Shown: positions 30,356 to 40,658 of the stretch, piece after piece | Layout of the letters: every line of letters begins with the position of its first letter | Numbering within the stretch: position 1 is the stretch's first letter | DNA from: Bacteroidaceae bacterium | GTDB taxonomy: Bacteria; Bacteroidota; Bacteroidia; Bacteroidales; Bacteroidaceae | Assembly (NCBI GenBank): GCA_045597365.1 | Contig: JAZLKB010000059.1 | Location: 9,217 to 73,216 of the forward strand | Reading direction: 5' to 3' | DNA: 64,000 bases | Translations under genes and position numbers: made by a program | The notes under the pieces: generated by a model | The model's input: the letters and a program-made list of their open reading frames with translations, nothing else | Told to the model about the DNA's origin: nothing | The model's database searches: none

Positions 30356-33217
30356 ATGAAAGTTGAACTATTCCCCTTCCAGCAAAGAGCACTTGCATCT
30401 CTCCGCGAAAAATGTGATGAAGCTTGCAGAAGTTATGAACGCAGGCACGCGCCACAAGTGATATCCTTTACGACTCCTACAGGTGCCGGAAAAACTATCA
30501 TAATGGCGTCCCTCATTGAAAGCATTTATTTCGGAGAAGAATTCTATGTCGAAGATATCAACTACTCAGGAACGATGAGTTATCCTGAGGAGCCAGATGC
30601 CATATTTGTCTGGCTCTCTGATTCTCCGGAACTCAATGCGCAATCAAGAAAGAAAATTGATTTCAAAGCTGATAAAATCCGACTTGACCAGTGCGTGACA
30701 ATTGAGGATGAGAGCTTCGACAGAGAAATGCTTGAAGACGGCCATATCTATTTTCTTAACACCCAGAAACTTGGCGTTAATAGCAACCTTACTAAGCGTT
30801 CAGACTCCCGTCAATATACTATTTGGGAGACCATTGCCAACACGGTGCGCGAGAAATCAGATCACTTATACTTCATTATTGATGAAGCACACCGTGGAAT
30901 GCAAGGCAATGCTGCAGGTCGAGCAACAACCATCATGCAGAAGTTCATTCTCGGAAGCCGAGAAGAGTATGCCACCCTGCCTCCTATGCCTGTTGTTATA
31001 GGAATGTCAGCAACTATTGACCGATTTAACAAGCTTGTCGGCAATACGACCAGCACAATTCACAAAGTACCGGTTACTCCAGAAGAAGTTCGAGCATCTG
31101 GGCTCCTCAAGGATAAGATTGTTATCCGCTATCCGGAGAGCCAGAGTGGCAATCATGCTATGGCCGTCCTTCATGCTGCTGCTGATGAGTGGAAAAACAA
31201 ATGGGACCACTGGTATCAATACTGTCAGGAGCAGCATTATGCCTATGTGAATCCCGTGTTTGTAATTCAGGTAGAGAATGGGACTGGAAGCCATATTTCG
31301 GAAACAGATCTTGATGAATGCATACGGAAGATTGAGGAGCGTACAGGATTCTCATTCGATGATGGCGAGATCGTTCACACCTTTGGGCAAACGACATCGA
31401 CTCTTCAAGTAAACGGTATTGATGTCCCTTATGTTGAGCCGTCGAATATTTCTGAGGACAAGCATATCAAGATTGTATTCTTTAAGGAGAATCTCTCCAC
31501 AGGATGGGATTGCCCAAGAGCAGAAACGATGATGTCTTTCAGACACGCAAACGACTCTACCTACATAGCGCAACTTCTTGGCCGAATGGTGAGAACACCT
31601 ATGCAAATGCATATTCTGGTTGACGATTCACTTAACGATGTCCACCTCTACCTGCCATTCTTTAATTCTGATACAGTCAATGAGGTCGTTGAGTATCTGA
31701 GCAAGGCTGAAGGCGGTGATATTCCTACAGACATTGCCGGTGAGGAGATTGGCAACGAAGGATCAGAGATGCTGACGATTCGTCCCCAAAGGCCTTTGCC
31801 TCCGCCTAAACCAATGCCAAGACCTACCTACCCAGTCTCGGCAGATACAACAAGGGCATTGCATGATATAGCGTCACAATCATCACAAGATACGCCAGAA
31901 ATCGGACTCTTTGCTCAGCATAATGAAGAATCAAAAAGTACAAGTCCACAGCCTCAGTCAGAAACTGAGCCAACGCAGACACTAAGTCCAGCGACAACCG
32001 AATCGGAACCTGAATCAATACCGGATCAGGCTATCCCAGAAGCTTCTCCTGAAACATTCCCGGATGGGTTGCCACGCGATGAAATTATGGATTTCATAAA
32101 CACGTCCGCTATTCTCTCGTATGACGTCCGCCGCGTCAGGACCAGCAATTATCTGACATCTCTTTTCAAGATGGCCAGGCTCCTTAGCCAGACTGGTAGA
32201 GACCAATACGCTTCTCGTAATATTGTCGATGAAATCGTTGACATGATTCATCTCTACATTGAAAGGCTGAAAGAGGAAAACGTTTACGATGAGATGGTAA
32301 AAAAGGTGCTCGAATTCCGTATAAGGAGTCAGGTTATTGATGTGTACGGTGAATCCATCCATGACAACTTGAATGGCACTCTGTTTTCAACTACAGATAC
32401 AGATGTTGACCGTCAGCTAAGAGCAGCAGAGTCAAAGCTTGGGAAGGAAGGAGTCAGCAATGCATACGGCAATTTATATTATAATGACGAGGATCCTAAC
32501 TCGTATAAGATTGATGTTATTATTTTTGCCGGCGATGAGGACTGCCTTGATCTGTTGAACGCTTACGCCAAGAGAAAGTTCCATAACCTGGTTGATCAAA
32601 ACAGACGTCAAATGGTGCGCCTTGATGAACGGTATCAAAAGCAATACAACGATATTGTTTCAAGTGCCGATATTGTCAGCGAACACAACTTCCGCCTTCC
32701 GGAAGCGATAAATGCGACCGTAGAATCGGATGGGCAGGTTTACACTGATCATCTCTTTGTAAATAAAGACGGCATAGCCAAGTACAATCTCAATAATTGG
32801 GAACGTGGCGTGCTCAAGGAAGAGCAGGCCCGGGAAGATTTTGTCAGTTGGTTGCGAAATCCGCCGCGTAAACCTTGGGCATTGTGTATCCCATATGAGA
32901 TGGATAGAGAGAAAAGACCTTTCTATCCGGATTTTATAATAATCAGAAAGGACCCGGACACAAAGTATGTTCTTGATATTTTGGAGCCCCATGACCCAAC
33001 GAGGACAGACAATCTCGGAAAAGCACAAGGCTTTGCTTCTTATGCCCGGAACAATCAAGAGATTGGCCGTCTGCAGTTGATACGTCTTAAGAAAGATGGC
33101 ATTGGTAGAGATAAGTTTATCCGGCTTGACATGTCTAGAAGTCTTGTGCAAGAAAAGGTGCTGGCTACGAGAACTAATGAAGAACTCGACCACATATTTG
33201 ATGAATTTGCAAATTAA
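30356..33217 (+). CDS. res: Type III-like restriction subunit (Res): SF2 helicase plus C-terminal PD-(D/E)xK-like region
   Basis: Walker A TPTGAGKT, DEAH box IIDEAHRG, GMSATI and TGWDCPRA. The C-terminus YPDFIII...LDILEPH looks nuclease-like. It starts 8 nt after mod. Confidence 0.8.
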   Translation: MKVELFPFQQRALASLREKCDEACRSYERRHAPQVISFTTPTGAGKTIIMASLIESIYFGEEFYVEDINYSGTMSYPEEPDAIFVWLSDSPELNAQSRKKIDFKADKIRLDQCVTIEDESFDREMLEDGHIYFLNTQKLGVNSNLTKRSDSRQYTIWETIANTVREKSDHLYFIIDEAHRGMQGNAAGRATTIMQKFILGSREEYATLPPMPVVIGMSATIDRFNKLVGNTTSTIHKVPVTPEEVRASGLLKDKIVIRYPESQSGNHAMAVLHAAADEWKNKWDHWYQYCQEQHYAYVNPVFVIQVENGTGSHISETDLDECIRKIEERTGFSFDDGEIVHTFGQTTSTLQVNGIDVPYVEPSNISEDKHIKIVFFKENLSTGWDCPRAETMMSFRHANDSTYIAQLLGRMVRTPMQMHILVDDSLNDVHLYLPFFNSDTVNEVVEYLSKAEGGDIPTDIAGEEIGNEGSEMLTIRPQRPLPPPKPMPRPTYPVSADTTRALHDIASQSSQDTPEIGLFAQHNEESKSTSPQPQSETEPTQTLSPATTESEPESIPDQAIPEASPETFPDGLPRDEIMDFINTSAILSYDVRRVRTSNYLTSLFKMARLLSQTGRDQYASRNIVDEIVDMIHLYIERLKEENVYDEMVKKVLEFRIRSQVIDVYGESIHDNLNGTLFSTTDTDVDRQLRAAESKLGKEGVSNAYGNLYYNDEDPNSYKIDVIIFAGDEDCLDLLNAYAKRKFHNLVDQNRRQMVRLDERYQKQYNDIVSSADIVSEHNFRLPEAINATVESDGQVYTDHLFVNKDGIAKYNLNNWERGVLKEEQAREDFVSWLRNPPRKPWALCIPYEMDREKRPFYPDFIIIRKDPDTKYVLDILEPHDPTRTDNLGKAQGFASYARNNQEIGRLQLIRLKKDGIGRDKFIRLDMSRSLVQEKVLATRTNEELDHIFDEFAN

Positions 33218-33247
33218 TACTGAACTATTATTGCTTCGATCTACATT

Positions 33248-34855
33248 ATGAATACAAGCCTTACGCTGTCAAGCATTACTTGGACTATCTGTGGAACTTG
33301 CGTTTTGCTTTTCACTGTAGCCACAATCAGGTTGTTATCAAAAAAAAGGAGAATCAAAATTGACATTGATGCTATGAAGAATGGCAAGGATAAGAATTCT
33401 AACCTTGCAAAAAGCGTTTATGAGGATTATCTCTCCATTTTGAAGGGACAAAATTTCACAAGCGAATACGCATCGGACTATGTCAACATAGATTCTATTG
33501 CTGTTGCCTATAGATTGAATCTCAAGAGGATGAATGTTGTTCCGAATATTCTCACTAGTCTTGGTATTCTTGGCACATTTCTCGGTCTATCAATTGCAGT
33601 TATTGGTTTTGATTCCGAGACTTCTGATGGAATAAAAGACAGTATTCAGACTCTTTTGTCAGGCATGAGTACGGCATTCATCACATCAGTTGTTGGAATG
33701 TTTTTCTCGATGATTTTTCTGCTAATAGAAAGAGGAAACATTAATAGACTGGGGAGTATAATCGATGAGTTTTGTACGACATTGGACAAGAAGTATCATT
33801 GTTCTATTGACAGTGCAGTAATCCGTGCTTTCAGCTATGAAGATGAAGAAGGGCAATTGTATCAGCCGGTAGAAACTCTTCAATTCGTCTGCGAGGATGT
33901 AAAAAACATGAGGAAACAGCTCGAGACTTTTGGTACAGATATTTGTGACAACATCGGTAATGCTTTAGATAATTCGTTCCAGGAGAAACTTGTTCCTATC
34001 ATAAATGACCTTTCACAGAAACTGGAGAATCCTGCACAAGCAGTTACAGATGGCTTAGTAAAAGAACTCAAGAAAGTATGCGACGATTTTAGCAACAATG
34101 TTACGCAAGGTGTGAATGACAAGATGGATGAACTCCTTGAGCGTTTTATTGATGCATCCAATTCAATATACACACTTCCAGACACAATAGATAGTGTTAA
34201 TAAGTCCCTCAGCGCATCGACAAAAGATACCATACTTGCCACGCAGGCGGTATCTGAGGCTCTTGACAATCAAATACTGAGGCTCAATGATTTAGTTGAT
34301 TCGTTCGGTAATGCCCTCGAGAAACTTTGCGGTGTTTCTGCGAATATTACTGAGTTGCATGAAAAGCTCGAATCTCTGCCCAATTCTATTTCAGAAGCAA
34401 CGACTGCTGTTGCATTGGCAGCTAACGGCATTTCGGAATCACAGAAGAGGGTCAACGAGACTATTGAAGGAATTAAGAATGTCAATGAAGTGACTTCAAA
34501 AGTCGTTGAAGAATATACAGTCAACATCAAAGATATTCAAAATGGTCTGTCTGACATATTTGATGAGATTAATAATGGACTAAACCAGTATTCTGACTCT
34601 GTCAAAACTTCTCTTCAGAGTATGCTTGAACCATTTACGTCATCAGTTACAGATGCCACAGCAAAGGTTGCTAATGCTATCGCACCACTTAATGACGCAG
34701 TTACAGATCTCGGTGGGTTCAGCGATAAAGTGCGTGCAGTACTTATCGATGTAGAATCATCCTTTAAGCCTGTTGAAGCTGTCTTGAAGCAACTTGCAGA
34801 AGTAAAAAAGAATGCTTCTGAAGAAACAGCAAAGGAAACAGAACAGCAAGCATAG
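33248..34855 (+). CDS. zorA: ZorA (MotA/ExbB-like channel subunit with long helical tail)
   Basis: TM helices with the MotA_ExbB signature (LTSLGILGTFLGL...GMSTAFITSVVGMFFS), then a ~350-aa coiled-coil-like tail. Followed by zorB, zorC and zorD. Confidence 0.8.
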   Translation: MNTSLTLSSITWTICGTCVLLFTVATIRLLSKKRRIKIDIDAMKNGKDKNSNLAKSVYEDYLSILKGQNFTSEYASDYVNIDSIAVAYRLNLKRMNVVPNILTSLGILGTFLGLSIAVIGFDSETSDGIKDSIQTLLSGMSTAFITSVVGMFFSMIFLLIERGNINRLGSIIDEFCTTLDKKYHCSIDSAVIRAFSYEDEEGQLYQPVETLQFVCEDVKNMRKQLETFGTDICDNIGNALDNSFQEKLVPIINDLSQKLENPAQAVTDGLVKELKKVCDDFSNNVTQGVNDKMDELLERFIDASNSIYTLPDTIDSVNKSLSASTKDTILATQAVSEALDNQILRLNDLVDSFGNALEKLCGVSANITELHEKLESLPNSISEATTAVALAANGISESQKRVNETIEGIKNVNEVTSKVVEEYTVNIKDIQNGLSDIFDEINNGLNQYSDSVKTSLQSMLEPFTSSVTDATAKVANAIAPLNDAVTDLGGFSDKVRAVLIDVESSFKPVEAVLKQLAEVKKNASEETAKETEQQA

Positions 34856-34860
34856 CATAA

Positions 34861-35577
34861 ATGAGGAAACGCAATAATAAGTCCGACGGTTCGGAGAATC
34901 CTTTTTCGCTGTCAATTGGAGATCTGATGGCGGGAATCCTTTTTATTTTCGTCTTGTTGCTTGCTTCATCAATGCTGGAAATTCAGAAAAAAGCAGAAGC
35001 CGATGCGGAGATAACAAGCTTGTACAACAACATCAAGACGAACATTTATTTCGACATTGCCAAGGAATTCCGTGATGACTTAGCTGCATGGAACGCTGTA
35101 GTTGACTCCACCGATTTGGCAGTAAGGTTTTCAACAAACGAGGAATTGAATACAAAAGTTTCATATTTTGAATCCGGGAGTTCTATTCCTAGCGATACAT
35201 ACAAGCTAATACTTAATGATTTTTTCCCTCGGTTCCTTAAAGTAGTGACAAATCCCAAATATAGGGAGTCAATAGAGGAAATTAGAATAGAGGGACATAC
35301 GGATAGTGATGGAGAGTATTTGTTCAACATAAAGTTGTCTCAGGATAGAGCACGTGAAGTCCTTGATTATTGCTTAAAAATAGCAGATTCCGACCCTGAA
35401 TTAAAAACAGCTACAGACTGGGCAAAGTATAAAATAACAGCTAATGGACTCTCTTATAGTCATCCTATTCTTAATGCTGATGGTTCTGAAAACAAAGGAC
35501 TATCTAGAAGAGTGGAATTCAAGGTGAGAACAAATGCGGAAAAACAGTTGGAAGAAATCGCGAAAATAAGGCACTGA
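34861..35577 (+). CDS. zorB: ZorB (MotB/OmpA-like peptidoglycan-binding subunit)
   Basis: N-terminal plug/TM SIGDLMAGILFIFVLLL and an OmpA-like C-terminus (IRIEGHTDSDG...LSQDRA...SRRVEFKV). Confidence 0.85.
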   Translation: MRKRNNKSDGSENPFSLSIGDLMAGILFIFVLLLASSMLEIQKKAEADAEITSLYNNIKTNIYFDIAKEFRDDLAAWNAVVDSTDLAVRFSTNEELNTKVSYFESGSSIPSDTYKLILNDFFPRFLKVVTNPKYRESIEEIRIEGHTDSDGEYLFNIKLSQDRAREVLDYCLKIADSDPELKTATDWAKYKITANGLSYSHPILNADGSENKGLSRRVEFKVRTNAEKQLEEIAKIRH

Positions 35578-35584
35578 TATAAGA

Positions 35585-36949
35585 ATGGGTAACGGCAGGA
35601 TACAAGAACTATTGAACTTTAGATTCAATGCGAAATACTTCAAGGAGAAAGGTATAGATCTTCTTGACGGGAAAACCGTGACCCGTAATATTCAAAGGCT
35701 TGAACAGACAACAGAAGACTTAGTAGATCTTCAGTCCAGAGCTTGTGCCTTTGATTTGCAAAAAACAAGAGAAATTATAGAGAAAGCTTTTAGAGATGAT
35801 GTTAGTCCAGAGAAAGTGTTGATTGATGGCCGTTCATTGCGTGGATACAGTTATAATATAGTTCCCGGCAGCTATGCCTACAATAAATATGTTTTAGCGG
35901 TATTTAAATCTAACTGGTCAGCATCATTTATCAGTGGATTGATTCACAGCATTCTTAATAGCTGGATAGAATATGATGAAGACGAGAGGAAACTTCTCGT
36001 TGATTTCCTGACAAAGCAAATTATATCCAGTAAATCATATACGGCAGATGTAATCAAAAATGCACTACCGTACCTTTCAGACAATGGAGCTTATAAACTT
36101 GGGCATAACATCAAGAAACAAGAGAAAAATATATATGAATGTTGTAATGTGTTCTTCTTGCCATGTAACAGATTCGTATATAGCTATTTCTCGGACGTAA
36201 TTGCCGGATATTATGGTGATAATCCATCCGTTGATTTTGAGGAACTAAAAAAAGTTCTAAAAAGCCACAATAATATTGCTGCAACCAAAAAGGTTCTACC
36301 GCTCGAAATCATCACATACGATAAGAAGAAGCAAGTCTCGAAGGAACTTGTGAAAATCGCCGTTGAAATGATTGGTGACCCATTTGTCCAATCAAAATGG
36401 GCTTCATTCAAAGGTGCGAATAGAGAAGACGAACAGAATCTGCAAAAAGCTCGTGAGATTCTAGTCAGTGTAATTTCTGCTGAATTTATTAATGTGTTCT
36501 TCAAGACGTTGACCGATGATCCGCGCCGTCTCAATTTCTGGCTTAATAGAACAAAATATATATCAGACTTCAGAGTCTATGGTTCCTCGTACTCTCGTAG
36601 TTTAATGGGCGGGAAAGTGGAATCCAATATTCTGATCAAGCATTATTCGACAACAACTAACAATCAAGACACATGCGCACTTGTTATGGTTATAAGAGAA
36701 TATGCAATTATAGAGTTTACTGATGTGGGTGCCTTGTATGTATACAAGAACACAAACAATATGTACAAATCAATCATGGAGTACCGATGTAGGGTTGACA
36801 GGATGGATGATTTGAAAATTCCTGAAATTGGAAAGCTGGTTGACGATACTGCCGGGTATTTTAATTATTATCCAGAGGGTAAAATGGTCCATAGAGGAAA
36901 CTGGGAAAGAAGAATGGATAACTGGCTTAATAGAATTGCTCTCAAATGA
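35585..36949 (+). CDS. zorC: ZorC (EH-signature domain protein)
   Basis: The position between zorB and zorD, the size, and the C-terminal AIIEFTDVGALYVY...HRGNWE pattern are consistent with the EH signature. The assignment rests mostly on synteny. Confidence 0.65.
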   Translation: MGNGRIQELLNFRFNAKYFKEKGIDLLDGKTVTRNIQRLEQTTEDLVDLQSRACAFDLQKTREIIEKAFRDDVSPEKVLIDGRSLRGYSYNIVPGSYAYNKYVLAVFKSNWSASFISGLIHSILNSWIEYDEDERKLLVDFLTKQIISSKSYTADVIKNALPYLSDNGAYKLGHNIKKQEKNIYECCNVFFLPCNRFVYSYFSDVIAGYYGDNPSVDFEELKKVLKSHNNIAATKKVLPLEIITYDKKKQVSKELVKIAVEMIGDPFVQSKWASFKGANREDEQNLQKAREILVSVISAEFINVFFKTLTDDPRRLNFWLNRTKYISDFRVYGSSYSRSLMGGKVESNILIKHYSTTTNNQDTCALVMVIREYAIIEFTDVGALYVYKNTNNMYKSIMEYRCRVDRMDDLKIPEIGKLVDDTAGYFNYYPEGKMVHRGNWERRMDNWLNRIALK

Positions 36950-39738
36950 TTAATTGGGATTTTCATAATAACGATTTTGTCTTTACTCTTCCGGATGGTC
37001 CTGATGGTGACGAACTTCAGGCAGTTCTCTGTGCTTTAACAGATAATGGTATTGGACTCCAAAGCGGTAACGTTTTTTCTATTCCAGGCGAATCCATATA
37101 CCAATTATCTACTGGCCAAAGAGCATTATTGGATTTACCCAGGGAATGTCCATACTATTTAAAAATTGATTCTGAGGGGTTTATAAATAGACCTGGGTTT
37201 AAATATGTTCCCCAGTTCTATATGACTAAAGGACACGGGCGTTTGCGTACAAAGTCAATGCATCTGCCAATTGTCAATCTGTTGTCAGCAAATGGGGAAA
37301 ACCTTGAGTATATTTTACCTGAAGTTCAATTTGCCGTACTCAGAAAGATTGAAGAAGTGAATAATCATGATTTTGTAGATTCGACCACAAGCTATCATTC
37401 GCTTGCAAAAATCAAGAATTTAGCGAAAAATGATTCATACATTTTCTTTACAGACTCCCTTCAAGATTATAATGTAATCCCTTTGGAGCAGTTGCATTTG
37501 CACATTGATTATTATGATGAACAATTGACAATTGTTCCGGACATCCCTGAGAATATCAGAAAAGATAATCAAATAGCAGCAGGCGAATTTTCAAAAAAAT
37601 TCGAACAAAGGAATCAGGTTGTTCCGGTATATACATTAAGGGCAGATGGTAGAGAGCAGGAACAAAAAGTCGTTATTCCAGAACATTCAGCGCCAAAGTT
37701 ATCTGAAGTCAAGAAGACTTTTAAGGCCATTAGAAATCCAGAGGAAGTTCGCAAAGTTATTGAATCCCCCCAGACTTATTTTGATGAGGAACTATTTGAT
37801 CTTAAAGAATTTTATAGCGACCGTGTAATTGAAATCGGACTATATAAACCTAAATTTTATGGCTTTATTTGCCCGTATAAGTCTGAATGGATTCCGGGAT
37901 TTACTATTGAGGATAAGTATAATGGTAACACAAATGTAATTCTCAAAGAAGAAAAAGATATCCAAGAGTTCGAGGATGCAATTAAAGATGCCGAAATCGA
38001 GACATCGCCTGATATTGATTTTCGTGGATATAAGCTTGATTACGAAGAGGCAAAAGGGATTCTAAAGATTGCGAAAAAGCAAAATGCGAACCCAAAGCAA
38101 AAGGTCGAGTTGGATGATAATAAGAAACAGGTCCTGATAATTGAGGAGAACGCAGAGAGTTTGGGATATAGGGTTGATAGTATTGATACTTCTGCTCCGA
38201 TGGTGTATAAATTCCACGAAGTCGATGTACTGAAAGAAGGATTTGCACTAAAAAATCACCAGCGTGAAGGAGTCGCTTGGCTTCAATATCTTACACAAAG
38301 TAAAGACAAAGGGTGTTTACTTGCTGATGATATGGGACTTGGAAAAACCCTCCAAATATTGTATTTTATCCAGTGGCACAAGAAATTCTATAATAAATGG
38401 AAAAAACCATACCTCATAGTAGCTCCCGTGTCACTTCTTGACAATTGGAATAATGAGATCAAGAAATTCTTGAAGGATTCTTCCATAGAGCCAGTTATTC
38501 TTCACGGTGACATTATCAGTAAGAAGAGGAATGATAATGATATTGATTGGCTAAAGACGAGAGATATTATATTGACAAACTATGAGACAGTCAGAAGTTG
38601 TCAGTTTAATATCTGTGCAATAGATTATGCCGTAATCATTCTTGATGAGGCTCAGAAAATAAAAACTCCAGGGACTTATGTAACATGTGCCAGCAAAGCA
38701 CTTAAGGGGGATTTCAAAATTGCAATGACTGGAACACCTGTCGAAAACACATTTGTGGACTTATGGTGCATAATGGATTTTGCAATCCCAGGTCTTTTAG
38801 GAAATGCCAAAGACTTTGCTTCAAATTATCAGCATCCTTTAAAAAAAGGTGACACCGATGTTGTCGATCTTGGAAAAGAACTTAGGGAAAGAATGGGAGT
38901 TTTCTTTATGCGGCGTTGCAAGACGGATATCCTCAAGGACCTGCCTAAAAAGACAGAGAGAAAGCAAGAGGTCATAATGAGCTATATCCAAGAAGAACGA
39001 TATCTAAAAGCTATACGGCTGGCTCAGAACGTACTGGAAGACGGGAATGGAACAGAAATGTTGGAACTTCTCTATAAGCTGCGCAGAATTTCCGAGAGTC
39101 CTTATGTGGCCGATGATATGGCAGACATAGAAACTATACCTATTAATGACCTTATTGATTCTTCTGCTAAGGTTCAAGTTACTATTGACATTTTGCATTC
39201 CATTCATAAGAAAGGTGAAAAGGTTATCATTTTCTGCGTATATAAGGAAAGCCAACGAATGCTGCAGAGAATCATATCCAATCGTTTCGGCGTAATGCCA
39301 AAGATTATCAATGGCGACACCAAAGTAATTAGTTCGTCAAAAAACCGAAACATTGAGTCAAACTATAGCCGCCAACAGGCTATTGATATATTTGAAGCAC
39401 AAAAGGGCTTTAATGTTATAATAATGTCTCCGATAGCTGCTGGTATGGGACTTAATGTTACAGCGGCCAATCATGTTATTCATTTCGGGCGTCATTGGAA
39501 CCCAGCTAAAGAATCACAGGCGACTGATAGAGCCTACCGCATTGGCCAACAAAAGCCGGTGACCGTTTATTATCCTATTACAACGCTTTCTCCTGAAAGG
39601 AAATTCAAATCGTTTGATCAAACGCTTGATGATCTCCTCAGTAGAAAATCAAAGCTTGCCGATGCTACGTTATTTCCATCAGAAGCGACGGAAGTTAGAT
39701 TGGATGATTTCAAGGAGCTCCTCTCTCAAACATTGTAA
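36946..39738 (+). CDS. zorD: ZorD (SNF2-family helicase)
   Basis: LLADDMGLGKTLQ, ILDEAQKIKT, MTGTPVEN and HWNPAKESQATDRAYRIGQ. ATGA start/stop overlap with zorC. Confidence 0.85.
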   Translation: MINWDFHNNDFVFTLPDGPDGDELQAVLCALTDNGIGLQSGNVFSIPGESIYQLSTGQRALLDLPRECPYYLKIDSEGFINRPGFKYVPQFYMTKGHGRLRTKSMHLPIVNLLSANGENLEYILPEVQFAVLRKIEEVNNHDFVDSTTSYHSLAKIKNLAKNDSYIFFTDSLQDYNVIPLEQLHLHIDYYDEQLTIVPDIPENIRKDNQIAAGEFSKKFEQRNQVVPVYTLRADGREQEQKVVIPEHSAPKLSEVKKTFKAIRNPEEVRKVIESPQTYFDEELFDLKEFYSDRVIEIGLYKPKFYGFICPYKSEWIPGFTIEDKYNGNTNVILKEEKDIQEFEDAIKDAEIETSPDIDFRGYKLDYEEAKGILKIAKKQNANPKQKVELDDNKKQVLIIEENAESLGYRVDSIDTSAPMVYKFHEVDVLKEGFALKNHQREGVAWLQYLTQSKDKGCLLADDMGLGKTLQILYFIQWHKKFYNKWKKPYLIVAPVSLLDNWNNEIKKFLKDSSIEPVILHGDIISKKRNDNDIDWLKTRDIILTNYETVRSCQFNICAIDYAVIILDEAQKIKTPGTYVTCASKALKGDFKIAMTGTPVENTFVDLWCIMDFAIPGLLGNAKDFASNYQHPLKKGDTDVVDLGKELRERMGVFFMRRCKTDILKDLPKKTERKQEVIMSYIQEERYLKAIRLAQNVLEDGNGTEMLELLYKLRRISESPYVADDMADIETIPINDLIDSSAKVQVTIDILHSIHKKGEKVIIFCVYKESQRMLQRIISNRFGVMPKIINGDTKVISSSKNRNIESNYSRQQAIDIFEAQKGFNVIIMSPIAAGMGLNVTAANHVIHFGRHWNPAKESQATDRAYRIGQQKPVTVYYPITTLSPERKFKSFDQTLDDLLSRKSKLADATLFPSEATEVRLDDFKELLSQTL

Positions 39739-39740
39739 AT

Positions 39741-40652
39741 ATGAGTAATTTAATAAATAGGGCATTCTATTCTGAACCATTGACGTCTACTCCTGGCAGG
39801 TTACACATTACTGCTGAGAAGATTTGCGTTGAAGTGGTTGTTAAAGAAAATGGGTCGCGTAAATTCCGCTCCTTTACTCTGGATGAGTTTGAAGAATTGA
39901 AATGTATTCTTACGAAACAAGATTTCTATAAAGAAGGATTAGAAGATGTATATGCGAGTGAATTGTCAGAAGTTCGCAAAAGAGCAAAACATATACAAGA
40001 GTTTTTATTTCATGATGAGGAACATATTACCAAACTGTTTTCACATAATCACTTTTTACCAAGCCCTAACTCATCCGATGTGTTAGAGGAACTGAATGTT
40101 GATAGTACTAATCCTACTACATCAAATGTATTAGAAGAGCATGCGGATGTAAGTGATTTGATTGGATGCATAATCAATGGACTTAATCAACCGCTTGCAA
40201 TGTTAATCAACGGACTTCAAAACTATGCCTACAACAGGAAATCTGATGCAATATCGGCACTATCTGATTCGATAAGAAAAATTGTGATTAAAAATGACTC
40301 CAGATTTTGTAATCTATTAGATGAGTCTGGTAAAATTATATATCATTCAGTCGGGAAGATTTTGAAATTTGATGAAAACTTCTACAAAATAGATTATGCT
40401 TACTCCAGATTGTGGATATATCTGCTGAAACAAAATCGAGATGGTACTTTCACTCAAAAATCAAAAGTTGTTGATGCATCAATGTACACGCCTCTATTCA
40501 ATGCTCTCTCGCCCAATGGCTTCTGCGAAGAAATTGATGATATAATATTAGATGAATCTGAGCATTCTGCAATAGTTCGTGTTGGTAAAAAGTATTATTA
40601 CCCGCATGGCTTAGTCAGAATATCAACGAGTAATAAGGGACTATTCAAATAA
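39741..40652 (+). CDS. Hypothetical protein, 303 aa, tightly coupled to zorD
   Basis: Starts 2 nt after the zorD stop with the same AT-rich composition. No recognisable motif. It has an internal short repeat SDVLEE / SNVLEE. Confidence 0.5.
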   Translation: MSNLINRAFYSEPLTSTPGRLHITAEKICVEVVVKENGSRKFRSFTLDEFEELKCILTKQDFYKEGLEDVYASELSEVRKRAKHIQEFLFHDEEHITKLFSHNHFLPSPNSSDVLEELNVDSTNPTTSNVLEEHADVSDLIGCIINGLNQPLAMLINGLQNYAYNRKSDAISALSDSIRKIVIKNDSRFCNLLDESGKIIYHSVGKILKFDENFYKIDYAYSRLWIYLLKQNRDGTFTQKSKVVDASMYTPLFNALSPNGFCEEIDDIILDESEHSAIVRVGKKYYYPHGLVRISTSNKGLFK

Positions 40653-40658
40653 TAATCT

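Noticed and set aside
39741-40652. ZorE-like HNH nuclease, because of the literal string SHNHF
   Set aside because: No surrounding HNH/His-Me context is present: no beta-beta-alpha spacing and no Cys or Asn partners. The locus already has ZorC and ZorD (type I), whereas ZorE belongs to type II.
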